DNA from: Macrostomum lignano
Lineage: Eukaryota
Direction of reading: 5' to 3'
Length of the DNA: 64,000 bases
Assembly: GCA_002269645.1 (NCBI GenBank)
Contig: NIVC01002676.1
Span: forward strand, 1 to 64,000
The stretch's first letter is position 1, and each line of letters starts with the position of its first letter. Under the pieces are notes generated by a model. The model was given only the letters and a program-made list of their open reading frames with translations, ran no database searches and had not been told where the DNA came from. Below, in pieces: positions 1 to 11,581 of the stretch. The translations under genes were made by a program, and so were the position numbers.

Positions 1-65
1 TAAGAAAAAACTGACTTAATTGCTGTTGTTTTAAAACTCGCCTTAACTCGAATACAATACAGCCG

Positions 66-3000
66 TCACTGCGTGAACTTTATAGTCGTGAACACTCGAT
101 AGACAGGCAAAATTTGGTCCGGATTCGAAATCACCAGCATATTGGAGTAGTCGGAACTGCTGTCCCTAACTCGGACACAGTCGTACTCGGCCGGTTTATT
201 AGGAGGCGGAGGATAATCCACTTCTCGACCTGGCAGCACTCTGCACAGCAACAAGGCATCTCCGTAATCCTTGGAGATATGCGTGAACTCGGAGAAATAA
301 ATGCCTCTACCGTAGGCCTGGCGCGGTGCACTTGTCCAGACGGAAGTTCTCCTTGAAGATCTGGTCGGCGCTGTTCCTGTTAGTACCGTGAAAGGCGTAC
401 ACCCAGCAATCGCTGTTGTACTTATTGCGAAATTCTTCCTGCTTTGCTTTGAACTTTTGCTCGAGCTGGGCATTTCGATTGACCCACACCTCTGTGATGC
501 TGCCCAGCGATTTGATGGTGCCGTCGATTCGCAAGTACTCCGACTGTACGGAGGCAAAGTGAAGAGCTTTGCAGCTGTCGCTGTCCGTCTTGTACCTGTC
601 TGGCCTGATTTTCAATACGTGATTCTCTGCGCTAGGCGGCAAAGACATCACAGGCAGTTCTGCAAGGTTTGAATAGTGAATGACGTATTGAGGCACGGCT
701 TGACGAGGATCAAAGATCACGTATTCATCAAAGAGGACACCGCCGGTAGATTTGGTGTTGCGCGGAGCGAAGAGCGAATCGTAGCCAATCTTTTTTAAAT
801 CCGCGTGCGACTTGTACATTTGTGTTGCCGAAGTAACTTTCAAGGTTCGTCCAATAAGCACTTCACAAAGCAGTAGCATGTTCGAGCCCTTCGTGTAGAT
901 CTGCTGGCTGCTCTTAGACGAATTGGTGGCAAAGTAAATTCCAGGACCGTACATTCCAGCCTTGGAAGGCAGTTTAAAGCCGTCAGTTACAATGCTATGC
1001 AGTGCGTTAGCAGAGGTACCATGAAACTTCTTCTCGCTTCGTCGTGGATCAGCCGCGCACTTGGCTTTGAAGTCCAGAAACTGCAGAGTTAGCTTTGAAT
1101 TTTCGATTTTCTCTATTTTCGTAATAGCTGGATGCCATCCGTGCTCTGACTGAATGAACTTCATAACTCGATCGTGCACATCAAGGTACTCATCGCAGTA
1201 ATCACCATCGCAGCTTATAGTCTTAACACTTGAAGGTAAGTCTTTCATCGCTCTGATTTTTTTCAGCTCTTCAAAAGCGTTTCTTCGAATAGCCTGTTGC
1301 AGCTCAAGTAGCTGTTTTTTCTCGATTTCTGATTGAATACTGGCACAGACTTTACACTTCTCTGAATTGCACGGCTGATAGCACTGCAGCAGACATTTGT
1401 GACCACATCCCTCTAGCTGCTTGTTGCAAATCTTCTTGCATTTGACTTGACTCTCCGGGATAGAGCATTCGATTTCAGCGGGATGAGCGCACGGCAGTAT
1501 AAGCTTGATTTTTACTTGACAAGCGATAGACGCGCAGTCAGCGGAGCAGGTGCCCGGGCAGCTGTGACCGCAAGCAAGTTTACGCTCGCACTTGGCATCG
1601 CACACGAATTGCTGGTCGCTCATGCAGCAGGGTACTTTAATGCTATGCTCACAGTTTGGATATTTAACAGTTGTTTGGACAAAGCACGGTTTAAGCTTGC
1701 AATCTTCACCGCACTTCAGTGTGCAGGGATGATTACATGGCAGCTTTCGGCTGCACGGTTGCTGACATGTCATTACGTCTCTGTTTTCGCAACACTGAGT
1801 ATTGATTGTGTGCCCACAAGGAAATCGGTGCGGAACTTTTTCCTTACACGGACGACTGGAGCAGAGCTCGAAGCACTTCAGAAGACATTTGTGACCGCAG
1901 TTTAAAAGTCTCTCGCATTTTTCGTGACATTTATAAAAACTATCTGGCATTCCGCACTCCTTCAATATCTCGTGTGAACACTCGGTAAACTTCATAGAAA
2001 CTTTCGTCTTGCAGGTTTTCACACCGATTGGCTCACTGCAAAACTTCGTATCATTATGGTTGCACAACGGATGAACGAATGGAACAACGACCTTGCAATT
2101 GTCGTGCTCTTGATCGTGCGGTGGCTGACAAGGAAGCAAGCACGAATGAATGCCGCAAGACATTTGAATGCCGCAAACCTCCAAGCAGAATGGCGACATA
2201 GTGGGAATTTGATCGAAGCTCTCTGATTGCACGACACTTTGCGCATGATTAGGGCAGCGCAGTGAAATCTTTGATCCGATGCAGTTCGAGCCCTTCATCG
2301 CATCAATTAGAGGTCGCCAGACTTTTCCATTCGGACTGTCGTAGATACAGTCAGCATTGCCAATGAAGACCATGGACCAACCTGGCTCTGGATTGAGCCA
2401 CGCAGCGTCGATTGAGCGTTTTAAGAAAGCCGATGTTGTTGGAAGGATTCGAGCGAACTAGTGACACGATAACTATGTCATTTTCGTCACCTTGATACAG
2501 ATCGATTGTGAAAATCTTCACGGACAAGTCAGCTTCAGTGACGACAGTGTTGGATTGTTCCGTTGGCGATTCAGTTAACTCTAGATCTTCGCAGTTCCGT
2601 TTCGAACGATGTTGAATTAGAATACGCAGGAAGTCGGATTTGGCTAAGAAGTCCTTAAAAAGGTTTCGGATTAGACCAGTTTGGCGTCTGTAGGCTGATA
2701 ATATTGTGATTCGATCGGGATCGCAGCCTTGGAGGATGAGAAACATAGCGAGGCGGACGCAGCGCTGCGCCTCTTCCATGTTAGTCGCTCCATGGCCACC
2801 GGAGGTGGATTCAAGCTCTCGGTGCGTCCAGAAAAACGTGGGCACAGTGAAGCACCTAGGCTGGAGATCTCGTGAAACAACTTCTAGATTGTCGCGCAAG
2901 TTCGGATATATATCTCTTAGTAGAATACTGAGCTCCGGCTTCATGCGGCTCTGCAGCTCCAGTTGGTCGTACTTAATGCCATTGGCAATGAGCCGCTCCA

Positions 3001-6000
3001 TCATCGACACGTCTAGATGGTAATCCTTTGCCAATTTGTAGCTCTCAGTCTGCGGCCTGAGCTGCTTGTGGTCCCCGATCAAAATCAGTTGCTCCGTTCT
3101 GTGCCCAAAGCAGGCAAGTAGATGCGGCTCGGATACCTCGGCCGCCTCTTCTACAAGCAGCACTCCTGGCTGTACAAGGTCGAGCAGCTCTCTGTGAATT
3201 GAGGCGCCCGTGATGGTCATGCCGATAATGCGCCTGCGCCGAAGTATTGAAGCGTCCGCTTTTACTTCAAGCAGTCTCTTTTCACTTTCGAGTCGCTGAA
3301 TAGTGTCGAACTGCTCTTTAATGTCACTTCGGATTTTGCTGATTGCCTTGTACAGGGCCTGTTGAAAGTACAGCAGCTGTTCAGTTGGCGACAGCCTTGT
3401 TGGATTCCGCCGGCTCAACTGAGCAATCACGCCAGAGTTGCAACAATTCTCAATTCCTGGATCATGAAGAATTTGGGAACCATTGGTGTTGTCAAGGTTG
3501 ATTCTGTCTATTAAATTGGACTTGCCGCCACGCTCAGTTTGAGAGTCTCTGCTCGCCAATGATGCCAGAATCTGGTTTTCTCTCTCCTTAACTTCTTCCT
3601 CCTCGGCATCGTCTAAAGACGCCTTGGCAACTGTTTTTGCTGGCTGAGAACTAGAGTTAGAACATGATGGGGCTGCTGGAACGTTGGTATGAACAGAACT
3701 TTTCTGCGCTTTCTTTGGTTAGCCTCCAGCTGATCCTTGATGGCAGGCATTGAATGGTCAACGCAAGCTGCGAGAGCGGCGAGCACTTTGGCGTCAGAGC
3801 GGATTAGATCATGCAGTTCATCTTTAGACGCACGCTTAAATTTTTCTTCAACCTCCAACTCTTCTGGCGTCATTTGCTTAATAGACGATTTTCGATTTCT
3901 ATGCCTGACAAGTTCAGCCAAGTATGTCTCGTTGCATTCATCCATAATGGCTACTGCTGGGTGAGAGAAGAGGCAGTCCAGCTCCTTCACACTGTCTTTA
4001 AATTTGGCCCAAGCTTCTTCAATCTCAGAGCTGATGGTTCGCAGAGACTTTGCTCTTCCTCGATCCGGGCACTTCCGCCGCAATTCAATCAAGTTTAAAT
4101 GCTCCAGCCTAAGATCCTTGCATCTACCGCCGATTCTGACAATGTCCTCTTGGTGTTCTGGAAGCAAGTGAGACAGAAATTCGTCCAAAGCGTGATTCTT
4201 GTAGCACAGAACCAGAATCGGCCGATCCTTGAGTACGTCGAGCTCAAGCAGCTGACGGGCTATGAGAACTCCAAGCAGAGTCTTGCCAGTGCCCGGCGGA
4301 CCCTGACACACGTAGATTCGCCTGTGCAAAGCGTTTTCAAATGCGCTGGTCTGGCACACGTCCAGTTTCAGACTGCCAGTAGAAATGAACGGCAACTTTT
4401 CAGCGCAGTAGTCAACATCGTCTGGATCGCCTTCATAGTGCCGCTTCACGTACAAAGGCTGAGCGTCGGCCGCCGTCATGTCGCCAAACACCAGCGAATC
4501 AGCAAACGGAAACCTCTCCGCGTCAAAGCATTTCAGACTCTCCAGAACCGGTTCGAACGCGCGGAACATAGTTGGCGATTCGAGCATAATTAAACCGTTA
4601 GAAGCGCGAGTTGAGTTTAGCATAAGACTGACTAGCACATCCCCAGCCGAGGTGTCCGGGCTGCACATGTACTGGCACAGGTCGAGCCACACTAGCCGGC
4701 TGCTGTTCAGATCCTGGCTGTCCCTGTCAGCTACTGTGGCCCAGTACTGCTCAGAGAATCGCTCACTGGTTGCTAGGCACAGAAGATTACCAGTCATTAG
4801 TCGCATAGACTTTGCCCAATTACTAGGCGCGTGGTCGGAATCTCGCAGCTCAAATGTTACGCCAATGCTGCAAGAGCCACTCTTGCTTAGCTTAACAGAT
4901 TTAACCTTCACGTTGCAGTACACTCTGATGTCCTCATTCCGGATCTCACTGCCCGACTTCACCTGCTCCATGCACTCGTAGAATTTTTCAAAGCAGTCTG
5001 CTCGCAACAGCCTGAAAACAAGGTGCGAAAAGTGGAAGTGGGTGTTTAGTAATTTTAACAGTAGGAATACCAAGCTATTTTTCTTCCCGTCCAACTACCA
5101 TGCTCCTTGACAATATTTTTGCTGAGCCGGAACACACGAAAGGCACTCGAAATTCAAGAAAACTGGCTAAATATATGTTGCACACCTTCTCAAACTAGAA
5201 TCAAGTCGCCAGCTCTCTGCATCGTCGAGATATTCAACGATTCTGCCAAAATGTCGGATTTTTCGTGAACGTCGACCTTGTGTCTGCATCAGCTGACTTA
5301 GTTGGTCAGTGGCCACAGTCATTCACCCAGACGGAGTTTCTGGACCATCAACAGTTGGCAGCAGGTGACTATGGACACCATATTTCAAATTTCTGTGATG
5401 TCTCTGATCAAGCCTCGACTGCTAGGTATCCTCAATTAGTCTCTCAGACATTCAGTCGTCATCCAGATGCCAATAACCAACGAAGTCAGAGCTGATGCAG
5501 ACACATGCTGTCGACGCGGTGTTGAATTAGGGGGTCCATGAGAATTGCCCGCCGAGGTTTGCATTTCGCCACGCGGCAGATTCTGTCTGCATCCCCCCCC
5601 CAATGTTTAGTAATTCTTAATAAAGAGATTTACCCGATGAAAACGCTTAGATAGCAACTGCATATCAAATTATGTTTTTCTTGTAAGTATTCAGTTCTAT
5701 ACATATACAGAACTGTACATCTGTGAGCTATTGGTTCATGCATATGCCATGTCACTTCCCCCCCCCAAATCTCTTTATTAAGACTTACGCGGTACTAAGA
5801 ATTGGGGGGGGGAGGCAATGCAGAAAAAATCTGCCGCATGGCAAAATGCACTGTAGAAAAAAAGCATTGCGAGCAAACCTCGGTGAGCAATTCGCTCGCG
5901 GGCAAAGTGCACTTGCGGGCAAAGTGCACTTGCGGGAAAATTGCACTGCGGGCAATTCGGTCACGGGCAAAATGCACTTCGGCCAAATCTCAACGGTAGA

Positions 6001-7606
6001 AGCTCGGCGGGCAAATCTCGAAGGCCGCACCGAGGCGCCGTGCTAGAATACACTAGCGCTTATCGGAAAAATTAGACTTTCGGGCAGAATCGTTGAATAT
6101 CTCGACGGTGCAGAGACTTGATTGTTGTTTGAGACGGTGCGCAACAATTATTTAGCCTGTGTCCTTGAATTTCGTAGTTCTACTGTTAATCAGTCAGATC
6201 AAGGCTCCGACCTAATAGTGTGACACTACTTCGCAAATACTAATCTCAATACATTAAAAATCCCAGAACTCAACGTGGAATCCAAGCCTACAGATAGGTC
6301 CCGATTCCGAAATCGCAGAGTTTAAACAGCTGAACCAGGTGTCGCAGCGTTCACCGCTGAGCTGCTCTGGTCCAATTACAGAGCTTTTTAAAGACCTACG
6401 TATCCAGCTTCTCAAGTCTCAGAAATTGGTCTTAAAATAGCTCATAAAAGATTGTCAAGATCTCAAGAACCCTGATCCCACAATGTCTGAATCCACAAAA
6501 ACCTACCTGAACATAGTCTCGAAGTAGTCCTCCACGGACTGGTACGGTCCTTGGATCCTCGCAGGTTGCAGACCGGTCAGCATGGACTTCCTGCCCGCCG
6601 ACACCTCCTCGCTGGTGGGCGCGATGCTGATGGACCTCCGGCCACCAGGTCGGAGCTCTGCCACCGCCGTCAACAAATCCAACAACAGGCTGTTGCTAGG
6701 CGCAGTGGCTCCTTTTAGTAACGGCAGCAGGCGAGCCAAACAGCCGGGGTCCTGGGCAAGGAGGCTTCGAGCAAATTCGACTACGATTCGGCGATGAGAC
6801 ATCGGAGCGTCTGGAGACTGGGCTGCATCGGCTGCCACCAGCGGCAACAGCAGGCGAGACAATGCCTTCTGCAAAGTAGTACAAAGTAGTAGCTATTGTT
6901 TAGAGGGGCAGGAGAGGCCTGAGAGACCTATGATAGGGGGTAGCAGTCGGTCAGAACCGGAACATGAAACATGAGGGTCCATGAAAGGGCCGCGTGGACA
7001 GCCAAGATCCCAAAGGACGAGTCAGAGAAGTCACAGTGAAAAAGCTTTTCAGTTAGTCGGGTCGCTCACCTGTGAACTAGCCAGTTCAATAACAATTTGA
7101 AGGTTCTCGCGCTTCCGACTTGACAGCAGGCGAGTCAGCCGGGTCAGCAGGCGACAGACGGCGCCACTCAGCTGGCTGTCGTTGAAGTCACCTAGGAGCA
7201 GAGCGGGCCAGACCACGTTTGGCTCGCCCAGTTCGGCCAGCAGGTGGCCGCTGGCGCCGCGCGGCGAATTCTCGGCAATATTAAGTAGCCGCCGAGCAAA
7301 GCTAAGCCACTCCGCGGAGTCCCTGCTGGTCAGGCTAAGCAGCTTACAATTAGCCAAGTTAGTGGCAGTTGAATTGTAGAAACTCGCCGTTAAGCGGATC
7401 CTATCGGATGCTTTCGGCGTCAGGGCGCCGTAGGTGGCCGCAATGTCGTCTTGCTGCAATGTTAGCTGGTAGCCACGCCTGTGCTCCGGCATGGAGACCA
7501 TGAATGTTAAGCCGCACTCAGGCGTATACTGCTCAACAACGGCCTCGAGTTGCTCGTCCGGAAGAACGTCGTTAGCGGATAGATAGCGGCGCTCGCCTGT
7601 GGACAT
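66..7606 (-). CDS. ZNFX1: ZNFX1-like UPF1-family (SF1) RNA helicase with NF-X1-type Zn fingers and two C-terminal PARP catalytic domains; about 1950 aa after correcting 3 frameshifts (may be a recent pseudogene or assembly errors)
   Basis: Exons 7606-7070 (CAG|gtgagc), 6868-6507 (TTC AG|gtaggt) and 5011-66 (ttttcag|G CTG) join in phase to give DYFETMFRLLRADCF. Motifs: QGPPGTGKT, LLVEEAAEV, LIGDHKQLRP, SMMERL, LQSRM, DLYQGDENDIVIVSLVRSN, NRRCVAQSRAR; then repeated CGHKC/CGHSC/CNHPC knuckles; then FHGT..GIYFA..DEYVIF and FHGT..GIYFS. Frame changes at about 3700 (-1), 2375 (+1) and 320 (+1). Confidence 0.9.
5144..6177. mobile_element. Non-autonomous inverted-repeat (MITE/foldback-like) insertion in ZNFX1-like intron 2
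   Basis: 5144-5248 is the diverged reverse complement of 6083-6177 (shared core gcagaatcgttgaatatctcgac). Further IR pairs inside: 5271-5306/5476-5516 and about 5540-5630/5767-5900. Confidence 0.55.
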
Positions 7607-9119
7607 CTTTGGTGGTGGAGGCGCTCGCGGGCCGCGCCCGCTCGGCCTCGGCGGACTACTGCGTCGTTTGCGGCTCTGAGGACGAAAAGAATCCCCAACG
7701 AGGTAAACAGCTTAGCAACACAGACTGCAACTAACGTCTCATCTGGTAGCGAAACAATTTTCTACGTTTGCGTGTACACATTTACGTGTATAGGAACTGA
7801 ACAGGTGCTAGATAGGTTAGAAGAACTCACAGATTTTCAAATCCTATTTATCTCACACGACACGAGTATCGTGCTTACCAGCGTATAATGCTACTGAATT
7901 ACATGTACTTAAGAATTTCTAGGAACTAGGAACAGTTTAAAAAGGTTGGTTGGGCCAGCTGGCTTGGTATAGAAGTCTAAGACAAGCATAAAAAAGCTTC
8001 CCGGATATCCACGGGTGGTGTAAGCCCCCTATGCTTATGCACAGGATATTCTACTTCTCTTTTAGCCAAGACGAAAGTATTTCAATTTTGTAATTTTAAA
8101 ACTGAAATTGTGTTATGCTAAGAAAAGTAACAGTAAGTGCATTGTATTACATTTATAAAACTTACCATGATGGTAATAGTAAAAAAACGACGCCAGTCCA
8201 ATCAAGTCAAGTTAATCAGATTTCAATGATTTCGATCCTAATCAAACTGCCTATTTTTTGTGCCCCAGCTCTGCGTATAAAATCTTGTCGGCGAAACTGT
8301 CTGACCGCGAGGCGGCCGCTAAACTGGAGGCCAGCAGGTCTGCAGCGCCGATAATTGGGCTGTTAATTTGTTCCTTCGTCTGGCTGTGGTTGGGGTCCCT
8401 TGTCTTCATTTTATTAGCATTTAAAGTTAAGGAGGGGTAGGGGTTGGGAGAGACGACGGGTCTAGGTTGCCAGTTACGTACAAGTAAAATCAAGCCACTA
8501 TCAGTGTACATCGATAAAGCCAATGTACATCTGGAGCAGTGGAGCACTGGGGAGGGGTATGCTGTGCATACCCAGTCAATTTCAGGCTTTCAGCTCGTCA
8601 GCAATGCAATAGAAACGTAGTACTTTTAAAATAACAATTGTTTCATCCACGAATCGATTTTCCCAGACAGGAATTTTCCGCAGATTTGTACAAGACAAAA
8701 GGGAGTGGGGAGTTGCCTTGAAAATGAATACTAAATAATACAATAAAAGAAGACAATGACTTTTTCTATTAGGGTCCCTGAGCTTGAGCTGAGCCTCGAT
8801 ACCAATCAATATACCCAGGCCATAACATGTATAAGATGCATGTTACGCTCGTACATATGTACTGTAGTAGACAGAACATGCCCTTTAGATACAAAACAAC
8901 ACCCGACAATCCAGATTGATATAAATAGCCCTAACTCCCAACACGAATCACAGTTACTGTGTAGTAATAACTATAGTACTATACAAGTCACATCACAATG
9001 GCTCGCTGATGGGCCAACTCAGCACATTGCATGTAAGCTATTTTCAGTTAAAAGAATGTTAATGTATTTTTAAATATAAGGCTCATTTATTGGCTCTTAA
9101 CACCCTTAGCTTAAGCCTT

Positions 9120-10960
9120 GAGTAAACCCTCAAACTGGGCCTTTCCACACAGAATCTCTACCCCTCGCCCGTCGCCAATTTTTATTTGCTTTCTTCACTG
9201 TTCCAGCCTAAAAGCTGCTATATGTACATTTTGTGACGCTGGCTAATGTACATTATGACAGAACCAATTAGCAAGTTGTTTACGTCTGCAAGCTTGGCTT
9301 CTAACTTAGCCAGCCTATCACTCATTTTAACTGTTTTATTTTTATATAGCTTGTAAAGTGTATTCTCTTTGCTACTGATCTGGAAGTACAGTAGAAATCT
9401 GCTTTACTACCCAAGTGGCTCATTTAGTTAGTGACTAACTATCTACTCCGGTTTTCCACTACTACCAGATTACCAACAGACACTGACTTAATTAAGCACA
9501 CAATAAATGAGGAAAACAATGCTTTCGTGGGTCGATGACTGAATGCTTGTCTAAACTTTCTAGGGAGGAAGCACTGAAGCAGCAAACTCGCAGCAAGTTG
9601 CAAGATACTCTATCCAGCTGATATTCTGATCTAGGAATATAATAAAGAAAACATTCAAATCCTGTTTACTTTGCTGATAATTTCTCTGGAGATGTGCCTA
9701 TTCAACTACAATAAATGTACGCAAATAAGTTAAAATAATCAGTTTTAATAACCAAGTGAATTGTTTATTTGCTGATTATATTGACGCTCGCTTTTGTTAC
9801 TTTATCCACAAGTGTAATACAATAGTAAAACTTGTACGCAAAAAGGAGCAATCGTGTTTTTTTCTTGAAAACTAAAACTCCGCGTTCGGGACAATGAGAC
9901 GCAGCATGCCTACAATTGGCAGACTGCATCCGAAACAAGCAGCAAGCAACAACAGCAAGCATTTAGCAACGAATCTAACAAAGAGAAAAAAAACAGTTTT
10001 GCCGACAATACCCCCCAAATAATCGATAAATTGGTGCATATTGTGTGCAATCAGCTAACAGAAATTATATTAATTAAAACTCATCACTTTAGAGCAGGGG
10101 CCGCACAGAGAATAATTCTTTTTTTCTTGAATCCAATTCAGTCAGGCGGCAATAATATGCAGTACGAAATGTACTTTAAATATGCGCTGTTTGTACTTCG
10201 ATGCAAACCGTCGCACGATAAAATGACAACAGGGGGGACAATGACGCGCGAGCGTGGAATGTGGCGCGCTCGCGCGCGCGCTACAGACAACGATAGATGG
10301 AAATATGATCAATTTAGAAAAATTGAATAGTAAAAAATAAAGTGAATCTTAACATAAATTCGCATCAGACCCCGAACTTTCATGAGCATATTTATACAAT
10401 TTATTATTTAATAAAGAAACGCAAGCCTGAGTTACATAGGCGTACAACAAACATTTATAAGTTTAATATGCTTCGTATGGGCACAATAGAAGCGAAGCGA
10501 ACTATTTTGATGAAATCGCGCCCAGCTATAAGCTACTTACAGTAGGCCCGATGAAAATGTTGCCTAGACAAGGAAGTGTCGCAGAGTCACTTAACGTCAC
10601 CTCTAGCACAGATGAAATTGAAAAGAAGTGATTCTAGACGACGCTAAAACGACGAGATGTCACGGTACAAGTCGTCTGCGGCCGTAGAGTCGTATCTCTT
10701 AACATATACTTAGCAAAACAGGTTTCTACTTTCAGTTCAGTAGCAAAGAAGGATATATAAGCTATTTTATAAAAATAAAGACAGCTAAAATGACTTTGAT
10801 AAGCTTAGAAGCCCAAGCTTGTAAATTGGTTCAGCCATAATGTACATTAGCCACTGAAATGTACAAGGCAGATCTAGGCTGCAACAACAAGCGAGGAAGG
10901 TAATAAAAATTGGGTGAGGGGACAGGAGTAGAGGTTCCGTGTAGAATTTGAGGGTTGAAG
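9120..10960. mobile_element. Diverged inverted-repeat-bounded element (putative non-autonomous DNA transposon)
   Basis: About 9120-9255 (accctcaaact...ggctaatgtacattatg) matches the reverse complement of about 10835-10960 (cataatgtacattagcc...tttgagggtt). No coding capacity recognised between them. Confidence 0.4.
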
Positions 10961-11581
10961 CTTCGGGGAGAAGGGGGGTAAGAGCAAAAAAATACATTAA
11001 CATTCTTTAGTTTAACTTACTACTGAACTGAAAGTAGCTTGCACGCAAATGTGCTAAGTGGCCGATCCAGTTAATCTAGTATCTGCGGTCACCCTAGTGC
11101 GTTGTTTGCAATGACTCTTTTAGCGATTCTTGTCACGGTAACGTTTTCAACGGGAAGACAATGTGCTCAACCAAGCGCATGCAACAATGTTTTCCTAATA
11201 ATAGAAATTAATTCACATCTAGACAGTTGAATACAAAACATGAGGCTATGGATTGGTGCGCGAGAGAAGTGACATTGTTGACAGACGAAAACAGCTAGTA
11301 AACAAGTAATAATTGCATTCAATAATTGTTTTCAATTAATTAGTTAAACAAACAATAAAACAGACAATTCAGATCAACTAGTACATTTAATAAAACACTT
11401 AAAAATAATAACACAATTTCAAATTTCGCTACTAGCTGGGGAATTAGTCAAAAAAAGTTTTGCTTTCGGTGGTACAAAATAGACAGAAATTAAGATAAGA
11501 ACAGACAAGTCAGGCTGTGATGATACCGTGCCGGTTCCGCTATATTTGCACAGTAATGTGTCGTTATCCGGCTCGTGCAGC

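Noticed and set aside
3613-3730. Programmed ribosomal frameshifting in the ZNFX1-like gene
   Set aside because: No canonical X XXY YYZ heptamer in the correct frame, the shifts have mixed signs, and one falls mid-domain; mutation or assembly error is simpler.
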